Part shown: positions 36,783-50,530 of the stretch, piece after piece
How the letters are laid out: every line of letters starts with the position of its first letter
Position numbering within the stretch: position 1 is the stretch's first letter
DNA from: Octopus bimaculoides
Taxonomy: Eukaryota
Direction of reading: 5' to 3'
DNA: 51,216 nt
Assembly: GCF_001194135.2 (NCBI RefSeq)
Contig: NC_068999.1
Location: forward strand, 12,402,077-12,453,292
Made by a program: the position numbers and the translations under genes
The notes under the pieces: model-generated
What the model saw: the letters and a program-made list of their open reading frames with translations, nothing else
What the model was told of the DNA's origin: nothing
The model's database searches: none

Positions 36783-39700
36783 CGAACATTTAGTTGTAAC
36801 TATTGGCAATTTTATGCGACAACAGTAACGCAGCATACGTTGTTTACGCAGGTTGACTGAGGCTGATCAATGTTATCACGATAAAAGCACGTAATTAGTA
36901 TCAAAATATAAAGTAGCCATATTTCCAGCGCAACTTTTTATCATACTTCATTTTGTTTCACCTGATATCTTCATTTTATCTCGCATTACGCACACTCCTT
37001 TAGACTGATCATTATTAACAATTATCAGACCATACGACGGGTTTTTTTATTTCTGTGTTAACTGCTGGAATCATATAAAGAAATGGTTAACCCAGAATAT
37101 TGTTACTGTTGAGGGAATCAAGAATAAGTGTAATAACTAACCGAAAGAAAAGCGGATTAAATTTTCTTTTCAAAAGACAATAGCAAAATTTAATCACCCC
37201 AGGAGTTGGAAAGTTCCAACAAGTGTTTCATTAGTCTGAAAAATCGCTGTCGCTAAACGTAACGCGGTAGATCAAAGGTGATGGAGAGGGTAAAGTGATA
37301 TCCAGGCGAATGGAGCGAATCGCGTCGGCCTAATATATATAACGAAATCGAAAACGACGTCATGACTTATGTCGCTCGAAAAAAAGGTCTGGCAGAGCTG
37401 AGCAGAGATTTCGAACCGGAGTTGTAGCCAGGGCATATACAATAACATCGATAATGTATGACGGATTTGTCATCTGTCTGACTTTCCTCGGTTGGAAAGT
37501 AACAAAAACAAAGGTGGGGGACAGGCTAACTGAAACAAATATCTTATGGCTAGAGGGAGATGTTTTACTTGATATAGAAGAATAAATGCCCATTGTAAAT
37601 CTACAGCGTACGATAGAAAAAACGTTTTTAAAAATTAGTGGAGAAATCGCTCGAAGCGTATTAAGAATTCATAAAAGGTATCATTAGCCAAATGGATGAC
37701 CCAGCTGTGTTGGAATTGTTCTTGACGATTTAGGGTAGACAGTCAAATTGTCACTCAGGTTTGAAAGAATTTGTTGCTAATATAGATAACAACAGTCCGA
37801 TGCCGATCACAATAATGTCAGCTACACCGAAATAAATAAATAAATAAACGGAAATCGTTCTACCATTAGATTTATACGCACCACATAAACAGCGTGTACA
37901 TATATAAGCAAAGATGGTTTAATGTAAACACTAGGGATTGTCTTTGAAATGTCTCTGCTATATCAGTTTTCAGTAAGGGCGTATGATTAAGTATGTTATG
38001 GAAATAAATTATTTCCTGTTTGAAAGTTATACAACTCGTGCAAAATGTCAATCTCGAAATTTTCTTTTAGAATGATTTGGTAAAGAAGAAAACAAATGTT
38101 TCATATTTTGCTGTCATACTTTGTGGCATTTGCTACTAAAAACTAATACAATGGAAATCCCAAGATAAGTCATATATGTTATGGCTCCTTAGTTCATATA
38201 TTTCTTACCAACTATTTTGGACCGGGTTTCGTTCTATTACATGGCTCTTTAGACGTTTTCAACCTGGTTAATCTAATGCCTTGTGAATGGAATTTAGTGT
38301 TCGGATTAAATTTAAGGCTGCAATATATCAGATATTATATTATCTCAATCCCATTGATTAATCAGATGACGAAATGTGGAAGGTAGGTGTTTGGTTTAAA
38401 TAGATTTGCATATATGTTGAGGGATAATTGTATTCTGTTGATAGAAGTAAAATGCCTTTATTCTAAGAGTCAAAATTCATAATTGATCTACGAAGATATA
38501 TGTTGCATGTGTACTATTTTGATTATTAAACAAATTCCAGATATGTAAATGTCTGGATATTGCATATTTATTTCGTCCCCACTAAATAAACAACTAAAAC
38601 TATCCCCTAATTAAGCCATATTATCATAAAATAAACAAATGTTCTGAATATATTATGTAGAGGAAGATACTCTAAGATAACTTGCTTGGTAAGGGTACAA
38701 CTCTTTTGATTATACGTGTACACGATGAAGGTCGAACAGCAGTCAAACCACCAAGTATAATTTCCCAGAACCCTCAATGTTACTTGAAGTTATTGTTGCT
38801 TCATTCATTATATTTGCGACTGTTTATAGTATTACGCTAATAGTATGGCGTATATCATCAATGGTTGGCATGCGTGCGGTAGAGAGAGAATTTCATTCGA
38901 CCAACTTTGACAAAGTATAAATAAATGCAAAAACATCATTAAAGGCAGTCATTTTCTGTAGAAAACCAAAGGGAGAGCAGAATAATTATTCATTTAGTTT
39001 GGAACTAAAATAAAAAAAAATACAAGCAAAAATAATTATTGTGTATTTATAGAATTGAATTTCTTTCAAATACAGTAAATGAAGTGGCACCTTTGCATAA
39101 ATAAACGCATTAGTGCCACTTCTAATATTACTGAGTTTAATTCATGCATTTCATTTTATGGAAACAGAATATCGTTTGCCGTTAATGATTCTTCATTTAC
39201 ATAACGAGTGAGAAATATTTGCTTCAAAGAATATGGCATTGGCAAAGGTATGCGATATTTCTTTGCAGAAAATATATATAACAGTTTTAGGTTTTCATTA
39301 TATATATTTTTTTAATTAAAAAAATACCAAAACAAATTTTGAAATAAATTTTGTCTTTCAATGATAAATATTGAAAATAATTTAACTGATTTTCGGCATA
39401 AAATAATTCACATAAATCAATGATTAGGCAAAGAAAATTACAAATGACTGCTAGTCGAATTTACTGTTAAACATTTTACACTTCGTTCACAAATAATTCA
39501 GAAGAATGTTACTGTTTACGAAAGAACTAATTAAAGAAGGTGATTAAAACCACGGTGCTAATTACACCTACGAATAACAATGTAGAATACATTAACTATC
39601 TCGATAACTTTTTTAGCTTTTCTCCTTTGATTCTTCATTTTATGTGTTTACTTTTTATCTGATGTGTTTTAATAAATGTTTTATAATAAACATTTTATAA

Positions 39701-40454
39701 TTTTATGTTTTTAACGGAAAATTTAAAACGAATAAAATTAATTAGATTTAAAATTAATAATCCTTAATTCTGTATAGCTTCAAATAAATATCGATTTATT
39801 ACGCCGACATAATGGCTCTAATATAAAACAAGTTGAAAATAAAATTGTTTAACATTTATAACTTTGTGAAGTGAATTAGTATCTCTCCTAATTTTTTTCG
39901 CGAAACTATATTCTTTAACTATAAGGGAAAATACAGATAAAATTGGAGCAATTATTCACCAAGAGAGTTATAATTATTCCTTGGTTGACACCTAACATAT
40001 TACTGGTATTCATACCAGTTATGTAAAGTTTAAATAAATCGTGTACCACATAGTCACATGAATTTGTTATAATTTGTTATTCATTCTTCCAATACAGCTC
40101 CGACTGTTATTTCATCCATAGGATGTTGGATATAGTTATCACTTATAAAAGAGCTAACTATTACATAACTAAAATGTCCCTGTCAAACCAGAGCTTATCT
40201 TTAAACATCAAAGGAAAATAGATAACACGGCAATTACCACTTTCAATGTTTAAGTCGTTTAAGAAACTATTCTTCCCTTCCAAATGATGTACCGACATTA
40301 CTACAGATTTCGTATTAGTTCTGTCCTTGCCAAATTACTCACAGAGATCTTTGCGCAACACAAGCCGATATAAAATTATAATCTTATCAAAGAAGCTACC
40401 CAACTGATGAAAATCGGAAGCAACATAATATTGAAAGGACCTTAAATATTAAAA

Positions 40455-40600
40455 GATGAATGCAGTGAGGCGGCACATTATGTCATTGAGTAAGACACTT
40501 CCTTTTATGATTCCCCAATCTACTGACGTGAATATGAGTAGCTTTTTCTCACACCAACCGTCACGTGCTGGTGTGTTACTGGTTCAAATATTTGAAGAGT
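40455..40600 (+). mobile_element. Old SINE fragment with CORE/Meta-like central motif
   Basis: ATTATGTCATTGAGTAAGACACTT resembles the GTGTCCTTGAGCAAGACACTT central-domain motif of ancient SINE superfamilies. Confidence 0.35.
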
Positions 40601-42329
40601 TGAAGTATATCTATGTCTGATCGTTACACACACGCACACCTAATTAGCTTAAGCATGGAACATGTTACTTAAACAGGTTCTCTCGTGCGAGTAACGGCTG
40701 GCTTTTATACTCACTAGCAGCTGTCCTACTAATGTTATGAAGTATAACTTAGAAATTACCTTCTTAAAAATTTCTTGAATACTACTGTGCTCTCGAAATG
40801 TACTTCACTGCGTATCAGTTCGGGGCTGTTCATTAGAGCACTATTTCTGGGTGTTGTACTTATGGAAATGTTAGAAGGTCGGACAATTTTCCTAGTGTTC
40901 TCTGTTTTAATTATGATAAAACATAGAAAGATCTAATGAAACCTACGTTCATCTTAAAATGTCTTACTGTGAGACTATAATTGCAAGTGTTACACTGCCT
41001 ACAACGAGGAGACTCAATATTTGTGCAGATGAAATGTTACAAGTTTAAAGGAATTGTTTTCTTGATTGTAATGGCACAAAGGATGCCTCACGTTTAACTG
41101 CATTGTTTAAGAAATGAAGCAATTTTGAAGTTATTCTACAACATGCAACACGACAAAGTAACACACAGTGATAGAGATTATGTGAGGAAAGGACAATGCC
41201 AATGTTAATAGAAGCCGTTGACAGCTGTCATCATCGCTTCCAGAAAATTATCGCATCTGCAAATTATTAAAGATTGTGTTGATCAATGAAAATACTTTTC
41301 ACAAATCTGAAGTATTTTAAAGTGCACGGGAACGTTCAGATCGTCCTCGTTTAAGAAAAAAGAAAAAAAAAAGAAGAAACGATTCATAGAAAAGGTACTG
41401 TTTAATTTATATTCGATGCTCAGTAACGGGACAGTACAAACGGTTAATTGTATGTCATCATCTATGCTTTACAGATATTTTGGCATCTCTGAAAATATGA
41501 GCGTGGTTCGGAACTGTTAACAATGTTGTAAGAATGTATCATTGATGTGCAAATACAAGAAGACGTGTTTGGATGGACAATATGTATGGAAAGTAATAAA
41601 ATAACGACGTTCCTTATTTTTGAGATAGTCCAGCAAGTCACAGTAAGAGACATATCTATGATCATGGATATTTTGAAATAAAGTAGTTGCTAACAAGTAG
41701 TTAAGTTCCATATTCCTCTATTGTGACACAAACTCCAGCGTTATCTAATCGAGCATCTAGAATTGATCTTGCATCTCCCACTTTTTTTAGTGATGGTGTC
41801 ATAGGAAGAAGTCGTCACGTTGAATGTTCAGCGATATTCAAAGTGACACACACACACACACACACACTAACTCACAAACACACATACATATCTATCTACC
41901 TACGTATACATGNNNNNNNNNNNNNNNNNNNNNNNNNNNNNNNNNNNNNNNNNNNNNNNNNNNNNNNNNNNNNNNNNNNNNNNNNNNNNNNNNNNNNNNN
42001 NNNNNNNNNNNNNNNNNNNNNNNNNNNNNNNNNNNNNNNNNNNNNNNNNNNNNNNNNNNNNNNNNNNNNNNNNNNNNNNNNNTATATAAGCGTGTGTGTG
42101 TGTGCGTGCATTTTTCAATAAATCTGTCAAAATCGCAGCATAGAATTTAACAGAATCGCCTTGCATCGCCTTCATTTCAATCACTTGTATCATGTATCGT
42201 AAGACAAAAACATGATGGTATAGGCATGTTATTTGCACCATGATTATTCTAAAACAGTTTGAAAAAGGTTCTGAGACTCACGTCTCTTAGCATTTAGAAT
42301 TACATTGCATCATTTCTACGAGTTAAGTA

Positions 42330-42800
42330 AATTCAAGTGCCATTTTGCAAGTAGGCTATGCGTCAATGAATGGTATGAATGTACGTGAATATCGAAAGAT
42401 ATCCGTTTGAACTCATTGCTATTGAAGCATTGTGTTAGGTGTAACTGGATATCATCATCGCTTGTTAAACAAGATATCTTAGTCTCGTTTGAGGGTGTAT
42501 TTGCGCATATATTTGATGAACTGCGTTGAATTATAGAACTGAAAAGTGTTACATTCATATAACGTCATCTATAGGACGGCTCATTGCGAAACTATCCATC
42601 TGTTCTTAACTGGATTCCGTCCGAGCAATGCTTCCTGTATCCAGCTTCTTTTCAATAAGAGACGTAACCGTCTTCACGTCTTTCGGTTGCTTCGTAAAAT
42701 ACTTACGAATACCGTTTCTCGAATTCGTGGTTTCTATATAGAGATAATTTATTTTGAAGGTACAAAGAGATTCTATGAATCATATTGGTTTCAACATTAC
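42330..42800 (-). mobile_element. Possible degenerate CR1/L2-like LINE 3' remnant
   Basis: Minus-strand RETVFVSILRS and QTDIFRYS..FIP resemble KxxAYxSLVRS and RTDIYKYSFFPRT. Many stops. Confidence 0.3.
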
Positions 42801-43825
42801 TGAGGATCTGATGACATTTCTTCATGTAAATTTTAACTATCTACCAGGAAAGAATAATGCAGTTTCGGTAAGACTATTTGTGTCCATTGCAACAATGACA
42901 GAAATATCATATTTAGCATATTGCTTGTAAATGAATACAATTTGAGCTCATATGGTAAAACATCGGGTTATAATTAAAAGAAATGAAATCACATAATATT
43001 CGTGTCCTTATAGCTGAGATCAGCATCAGTAAGAGCAAGTCTGCATAAGCCAAGTATTCAGCTGGAACTAATTGCTTCCTACGGGATAATTACATAAAAG
43101 AAAATTGAGTAGAAGAGAAATGCAAGTGGACTTAATATATAATAATAGGAGATAAAAGGGTCAATGGCAATAATCCCCAGAATATGTGGGGGTGAAATTT
43201 AGGAGGAATGTATTAGAGACGATGATTGAAAATCCGCATGAAAGGTACAACAAAAGAGAAAGGGAGGGTGAGATAGATAAAGGAAAAGAATTTCAAAAGA
43301 ATAAAAGAGTGTGTATATATGCATGTGCGCGCGCGCGTGTGTGTATATACATACATTCATATATATATATATACATATATATGTATATATATANNNNNNN
43401 NNNNNNNNNNNNNNNNNNNNNNNNNNNNNNNNNNNNNNNNNNNNNNNNNNNNNNNNNNNNNNNNNNNNNNNNNNNNNNNNNNNNNNNNNNNNNNNNNNNN
43501 NNNNNNNNNNNNNNNNNNNNNNNNNNNNNNNNNNNNNNNNNNNNNNNNNNNNNNNNNNNNNNNNNNNNNNNNNNNNNNNNNNNNNNNNNNNNNNNNNNNN
43601 NNNNNNNNNNNNNNNNNNNNNNNNNNNNNNNNNNNNNNNNNNNNNNNNNNNNNNNNNNNNNNNNNNNNNNNNNNNNNNNNNNNNNNNNNNNNNNNNNNNN
43701 NNNNNNNNNNNNNNNNNNNNNNNNNNNNNNNNNNNNNNTATATATATATATATATATATTTATATACATACATACATGAACACCCACACACACACTCTCT
43801 CTCACACACACACCCACATATATGC

Positions 43826-44500
43826 ATACTGATGACGGTAAGGAGTTTTACATCTCTAAACTAGAGATCGATCTGTGGTTAAGCGCTTTTTAAAAAAAAC
43901 ATCTCCTGTGTTCACTTCCTTCGCTTTCAACTCGTGCTTAAGGGGTAAATAGTGTATTTCTTAGATCTATTTGGCGTCTATTTATAGCATGTGGCACCAC
44001 TCATTAGTGCCCTTCTTATAATTAAAATATTTAATTGCATATTTTGTATTAATTGTTGCCAATAAAGATTTATTACATGCGGGCTACTTGATACAATCTC
44101 ATTAAAATGTTATCCTTCATTATAAATATCAATTACTCCAGCCAATATATTCACTCCGGAATTATTTTGCGTCATATATGCACGTGGTTGGCGTGAAGGA
44201 ATTCGATTTAGCTTGTATATAAGTGTGAACATTTTTATATACGCTTGTGGACACGTGTTATTCGTATGTGTATGTATAAATATTTAAAATTATGTACAGC
44301 GTGTTATACTATGCTGATGGTAAAGAGCTTTACACCTCTAAACTAGAAATCGATCTATGGTTTAGCCCCTTTTCATAAAAGCTTCTAAGTTCACTTCCCT
44401 CGCTTTCAGTCCGTGCTAATTGGGTAAATAGTGTAGTTCTTAGAGCCATCTGGCGTCTAATTCAAGTATAGGGCTCTACTCATTAGTGACCTTGTAATAA
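43826..44500 (+). repeat. Pair of ~190-bp diverged direct repeats (43826-44020 and 44309-44500)
   Basis: Shared CTCTAAACTAGANATCGATCTNTGGTT, GTTCACTTCC.TCGCTTTCA, GGGTAAATAGTGTA.TTCTTAGA, TGGCGTCTA and ACTCATTAGTG. Confidence 0.85.
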
Positions 44501-45340
44501 TTATATGTAATCGAAGTTTAGGGAATGGAGCAAGTAAAATCCAGACTGCATATGCTTTCTGATTAGCAGAATCTCGGAAGTAGTAATTACTGAACGAAGG
44601 GTACTCCACTATCTACTCATCAGACCGAATATACCTCAGTTATATGAAGGTTACTTTGTCATCAAGGGATCGCAAGTTAACTCGCAGGAGATTTGATCGA
44701 AAATGAGTGGAAAGCACGGAATGGGAAAACAAAAAAGAAACACACGTTTGCATACATTGCAAACCTAGTTACTAACCGTGAACTTTCAAGACACTTTTGT
44801 CAGATAATCGAATTTCTATATGGGAATAATTTACAACCTTCTACGCCAATAAACCGATATTGTTCCTGAAATTTGCTTTTATACTTTCTAGAGACTCTTC
44901 GAAGCATCTTTCCTTCTTACACTTGGATGGGAAGAAATAGTACTCGAATACCGGAGTTAAAGTAGTATGTTTTATCATTATTAAAGATGCAAAAACATCA
45001 CAAAATTATCACAAAGACAGCTAAAGCTTAGGGTTTCATGCCCCCTTTCGTCGCATAGTTTTGATTAAGATTCTCAATCTAAACTGTGCCGGCAGATGTA
45101 TTGTAGCTTTAATAATAGTATATATATATATATATATATATATNNNNNNNNNNNNNNNNNNNNNNNNNNNNNNNNNNNNNNNNNNNNNNNATATATATGG
45201 TGACAAACAACAGAAAGGCAGTACGTGCATTAAATGTGCAGGTATAAAGATATAATGAGGTATACTTTCAAAGTATTCTCAGTCTAAAATGTATCTGCAG
45301 ATTTTTAGGTGATATTTTTGAGATGTTTTTGCAGCTTTAA

Positions 45341-45732
45341 CAGGAGTGGTTGAGTGGTAAGTAGCTCGCCTACCAACCACACGGTCCCGGATTCATTTCC
45401 CCGCGTGGCACCGTGGGAAAGTGTTTTCTACTATAGAGAGATTTGTGACCGGAGTTGGTAGACGGAAAATGGAAGAAGCCCGTCGTACATGATTCTATAT
45501 GCATATGTATGTGTGTGTATATGTTTGTGTGTCTGTCTGTGTGTGTCGTCCCAACATCGCTTTACTACCATTGCTGTTGTGATTACTTTCCCGTAACTTC
45601 GCTGTTCGGCAAAAAAGACCAATAAAATAAGTACTAGGCTTACAAAGAATAAGCTCTGTGTTTGATTTGCTCGACTAAAGGCGGTGCTCCAGCATGGCCG
45701 CAGTCAACTGACTGAAACAAAAGTAAAAGAGA
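45341..45732 (+). mobile_element. tRNA-derived SINE (octopus OR/CORE-type)
   Basis: Head CAGGAGTGGTTGAGTGGTAAG, CORE-like GTGGCACCGTGGGAAAGTGT, internal (TG)n, tail AATAAGTACTAGGCTTACAAAGAATAAG..GGCGGTGCTCCAGCATGGCCGCAG..(AAAAG)n. Confidence 0.85.
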
Positions 45733-45771
<39 letters not shown>

Positions 45772-47909
45772 TACTCCTAATTCAAATCTACAAGGTGTTT
45801 CCTACAAATCTGCAGAATTTCACAAATCGTCGTATAATACAGTTATCGCAATGTGTAATAGAAAGGAGATGGAATGAGGTCTCTAGCATTGCAAAACTTT
45901 ATTAAATGTTACGATCGTTTCAATAGATGTTGGAAGACTTTGCGCAATTTATATATTGGCTTCTACATAAAAACCTTACGTAAGCTGATGCATATAAAAA
46001 ACTCTGTAAATTGATGGCATAATGTATTTAGTAATGCAGCTAATTTTCAGACCGCTAAAGCTATTTTAACATATTTCACTCAACTAACTTACTTTGACTG
46101 AACTAATATTACAGCTAGCATTCTTACCCGTAATTTCCCCAACTCTACCTTATTCATCATTTGAGAAAATAATCAGTCAATTATTTCTTAACTAATATAT
46201 ATAATTTAATTCTTGCGAATCTAATTATATCCCAGTTTTATTTGATGTAGAGTATTGGATTACTTGAAGTGGGCGCTAATTTATTTTGTGGCACTATGCT
46301 AGCGAACAACGCGCCTGTTGTTTCTAGATTTTACTAGCTGTCAAATATCAATTCTATATGGAACTTTCTTTATACTACCTCTCCGTTAACTGTCACATGT
46401 GAGATTATTAGCTTCATTGCTCATCTACTGAAACACCTGATGAATGCTGTGGAAACCTGCAGCTTAATTAATAATTCTGATAGTCTGCAACTTAATATTT
46501 AATATACTTGTTAGAAAATATCAAAATATACTAAAATAATGCTGAACATCTCTACTATGGCCAGTTTTCCCGGTAGAAGGCGAAACGATAGAACACATAA
46601 CATGAAGTAAATCGTTTAATGCCTTAAGAATTTCAGCAATCCAATAATCTGTAGGTGTGCACATTTTATCGACCCCTAAACGAAGAATTACAAAGTTGAC
46701 CACTACAGTATTTGATCTCGAATCGTAGAACTGTGAAACATAGACAGCTTAAAGTATGTAATACATATTTAATTATATCTTGCTATATAACGTGTAACGC
46801 ATTAGTTTTACTGTGAATCATACACTATATTAGATCTTCCAATCATATTTGGTTAGGATTATGCATTTAGATTGATTCCGAAAAAGATAGGAGAATATTG
46901 CAAAATTATCAGTGCAGCACAAGAATGTAAATGTCAGTGAGAAGTCAATTAACTTCTACTCGAAGACTAGAGATAAAAGAAATGCGAAGATTTGAAACGA
47001 AAGAAAACCAATTTCATATTTGATGAATCTCTAAATGGGGAAAAAAAGAATAATAATAATATCTCATGTATTTATAGTTAATGAGTTATTTTCTGGAGAT
47101 AATTATATTATTCGCATAATAAAAATTCTTGCGAAAATTCAAATGTAATCATTTATGATCCCCAGAAATCAAAGCTATATATATTACCAACTAAGTAGCG
47201 ATATTTCAGAACTTCTGGTAGAAAAGTTTACGTATCCTGCCGGTGAAGTTGTTGATGGGAACGAGAATCGGTACAGCGCCAAGGAAATCTGATTTAGGTA
47301 TTCGGTGTTCTTGTTTGTTGCCCTGTGTTTGACGATGCATTTATTCCTTCCATATTAGATAAGATAAATTGTCGTATTATTTCCCAGGAGAGAGAAACTG
47401 CCTGATCATTTTCCCGATTACAATACATATTGCACTCTCCCTCCATCTACATTAGGCTTTAGAGTGCCCCGGTAATATATTGGAAACAGAATGGCTTGTT
47501 GTCACATCAGTTTTACTCTAAAATCTAATGCATAATTGTTCAACGAGAGAATCAGTATGAAAGAAAAAAAAAACACTTATATCGTTGCTTATGAAATAAT
47601 TTTGCAATTATTGTTACGTATTAGGATAAAAGGGTATTTTATTTTAGCTACGTAAATGTGGAGGAGGTGTGTTCGTCATTTACGCCTGTATAAGTAGTTA
47701 AATGACCCAAACTGGAATTAATACACAGAGATAGCAAGGAAGCCAGATGGAGTGATCAAGTTTATTCTTTCTATATCCATGGGTGACTGCAGACTACATA
47801 GGAGAATAGAATTAACAAAACCATCTACAAAAGCATGTGGAAGAGTAGCTGCAATAGCAACATCGTAAACTCCCAATGCTGTAAAAGTAAAAACAAATTA
47901 AACAGTATA

Positions 47910-48071
47910 GGTACAGGAGTGGCTGTGTGGTAAGTAGCTTGCTTACCAACCACATGGTTCCGAGTTCAGTCCCACTGGGTGGCACCTTGAGGAAGTGTCT
48001 TCTACTATAGTCTCGGGCCGACCAAATCATTTCGAGTGGATTTGGTAGATGGAAACTGAAAGAAGCTCGTC

Positions 48072-48113
<42 letters not shown>

Positions 48114-48328
48114 NNNNNNNNNNNNNNNNNNNNNNNNNNNNNNNNNNNNNNNNNNNNNNNNNNNNNNNNNNNNNNNNNNNNNNNNNNNNNNNNNNNNNNN
48201 NNNNNNNNNNNNNNNNNNNNNNNNNNNNNNNNNNNNNNNNNNNNNNNNNNNNNNNNNNNNNNNNNNNNNNNNNNNNNNNNNNNNNNNNNNNNNNNNNNNN
48301 NNNNNNNNNNNNNNNNNNNNNNNNNNNN

Positions 48329-48371
<43 letters not shown>

Positions 48372-48603
48372 TGTGTGTGTGTGTATGTTTGCGTGTCTGT
48401 GTTTGTCCCCCTAGCATTGCCTGACAGCCGATGCTGGTGTGTTTAATGTCCCCGTCTCATAGCGTTTCGGCAAAAGTGACCGATAGAATAAGTACTAGGC
48501 TTACAAAGAATAAGTCCCGGGGTCGATTTGCACGACTAAAGGCGGTGCTTTAGCATGGCCGCAGTTAAATCAGTGAAACAAGTAAGAAAGAGTAAAAGAG
48601 AGT
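47910..48603 (+). mobile_element. tRNA-derived SINE (octopus OR/CORE-type) spanning an N gap
   Basis: A box TGGCTGTGTGG (47920), B box GAGTTCAGTCCC (47962), CORE-like GTGGCACCTTGAGGAAGTGTCT, (TA)n-gap-(TG)n, and the same tail as the 45341 copy. Confidence 0.9.
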
Positions 48604-48609
48604 AACAGG

Positions 48610-49130
48610 TTGAAGGCAGTAACTAAGCACGTCTGCTCTTCCATGAAATAAATTCTCAAGAAGCAGAGGAATAGCTGAGAAAATTCATGCATGAAGAACT
48701 GTGACCTCATATGTTCAGAGTCAATGAACTGGTGGAAATATAGCAGCTTCAGTGAATTCATGCACATTCATGGACCGGTATTCCTACCCTTCCTGCGTGT
48801 TGGCAGCAAGACAATTCCACAAGAAGAGTGAACAGATGCACAAGTTCGGTCAGATATGAAATAAAGCAAGGTATGACATTCAAGTATTAATATATGTTGG
48901 ACGTCACGTAGGCATTCACTTGGATAAATATTTAGCTTGCCCAATTTATGGTTGGGATTGACCTAACTGTTCATTTTGTACGAGTTCATACGTGAAGATC
49001 TAGGACAAGCCAGACCCGAGCAATTCAGCAGGCCTAAATTGAAGCTGCCGGATAGCATAGGTATATACTGCCATGTACTTAGCTCCTATTCCTGCCCCAT
49101 ACTCTCACAGAATGGTCCCAATTACTTCAA
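48610..49130 (+). mobile_element. Possible degenerate LINE RT-to-3'-end remnant
   Basis: TSYVQSQ, STRRVN and LFLPHTLTEWSQL loosely match LYxSxVRSQLEY, RATRxV and SFFPRTIxEWNxL. Many stops. Confidence 0.3.
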
Positions 49131-49607
49131 AGTCATTGATGCCCGCATGCCATTTTGTGAATATCGTACGTATATACGGATAATAGTTTTCTCTATTTCA
49201 GATCCTGCATGATGCATCCAAGAACCTCTGTTGTACACAAAGTATTTAAAAAACTATGAAAGCACATGGTATTTTTAACTTTTCATCCGTTACACTTAAT
49301 ATTCAGTGATTCCCTACTTTCTTTTGTGAAAATATTTCCTTGTAACCATACATTTTTAAAAATTGCATACACAACAAAATATAATATAATCTTTAAAAAA
49401 AGTCGCTTTATATTAAAACAGATCATGGAATTATCCTAAGTTATCAACGTTGCGGAAATCGAAGTTACTAAGACAAAAGAAGATTATATAAAAATATCGT
49501 GTCTAACACTGAAATATTGCTAATATGATTACACATTTTCACGGAATTCATTCTATATGAAGGCTTTTATCATCTGTGAAGGAAATGATTATATTACTTT
49601 AATCTGC

Positions 49608-49643
<36 letters not shown>

Positions 49644-50369
49644 NNNNNNNNNNNNNNNNNNNNNNNNNNNNNNNNNNNNNNNNNNNNNNNNNNNNNNNNN
49701 NNNNNNNNNNNNNNNNNNNNNNNNNNNNNNNNNNNNNNNNNNNNNNNNNNNNNNNNNNNNNNNNNNNNNNNNNNNNNNNNNNNNNNNNNNNNNNNNNNNN
49801 NNNNNNNNNNNNNNNNNNNNNNNNNNNNNNNNNNNNNNNNNNNNNNNNNNNNNNNNNNNNNNNNNNNNNNNNNNNNNNNNNNNNNNNNNNNNNNNNNNNN
49901 NNNNNNNNNNNNNNNNNNNNNNNNNNNNNNNNNNNNNNNNNNNNNNNNNNNNNNNNNNNNNNNNNNNNNNNNNNNNNNNNNNNNNNNNNNNNNNNNNNNN
50001 NNNNNNNNNNNNNNNNNNNNATATATATATATATATATATATATACACATGTATGTATAAACTATATCTATCTACATATCTATCTATCTATCTATCTACA
50101 TATGTATATGTTTATAAACATATATATCCACACACACATATATATATATATATATGGGGAGGTATGTGTGTGTGTGTTTGTGAGTGTAAGTATACATGTA
50201 TGTATGTGTATGTATACGCAGACACGATGTCTCTCGAGTGCTGCAAGGTGATCAAAAGTTTTGTAATTCACCGACATACCAAAATCCTATTGTTCGGAGA
50301 CAATTTACACTCCTACTTCTTCGATTTAAAAAAAATAATGTGCTTCAACTAGAAACAATTTGACTTTAT

Positions 50370-50530
50370 GAAGGCTAGGACCAAAGGGGTTTACAGGATA
50401 CCAGTTATCCACTGGAGGAGATGTCTGTTTGAAAAAGATGACTCCATTCAGAAGAATGATAAGCAGAGATGAATGAAGAATACTATAGGAGTAGTAACTC
50501 TCTTTGAAGAAATACAACGTAGATGTATAC
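50370..50530 (+). mobile_element. Possible Penelope-like GIY-YIG N-terminal remnant
   Basis: KGVYRIPV followed, after a frameshift, by GDVCLKKMTPFRRMI resembles GVYxIP...YIGxTxRxLxxRI. Confidence 0.25.

Larger units (their letters stand above)
496..50020. other. 17 assembly gaps (N runs), most flanked by (TA)n or (CA)n
   Basis: N runs start near 496, 2444, 6426, 14902, 16442, 18719, 19941, 22553, 25430, 27268, 30816, 35379, 41913, 43394, 45144, 48114 and 49644. Confidence 0.95.

Noticed and set aside
46430-46465. ACACCTGATGAATGCTGTGGAAAC hammerhead-like string
   Set aside because: The only stem (GCTG/CAGC) encloses the GAAA rather than preceding it.
360-50352. Many 60-280 aa ORFs rich in YI/HT/CV/X or poly-T/S/V/I
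   Set aside because: They are translations of microsatellites or read-through of N gaps; no coding complexity.
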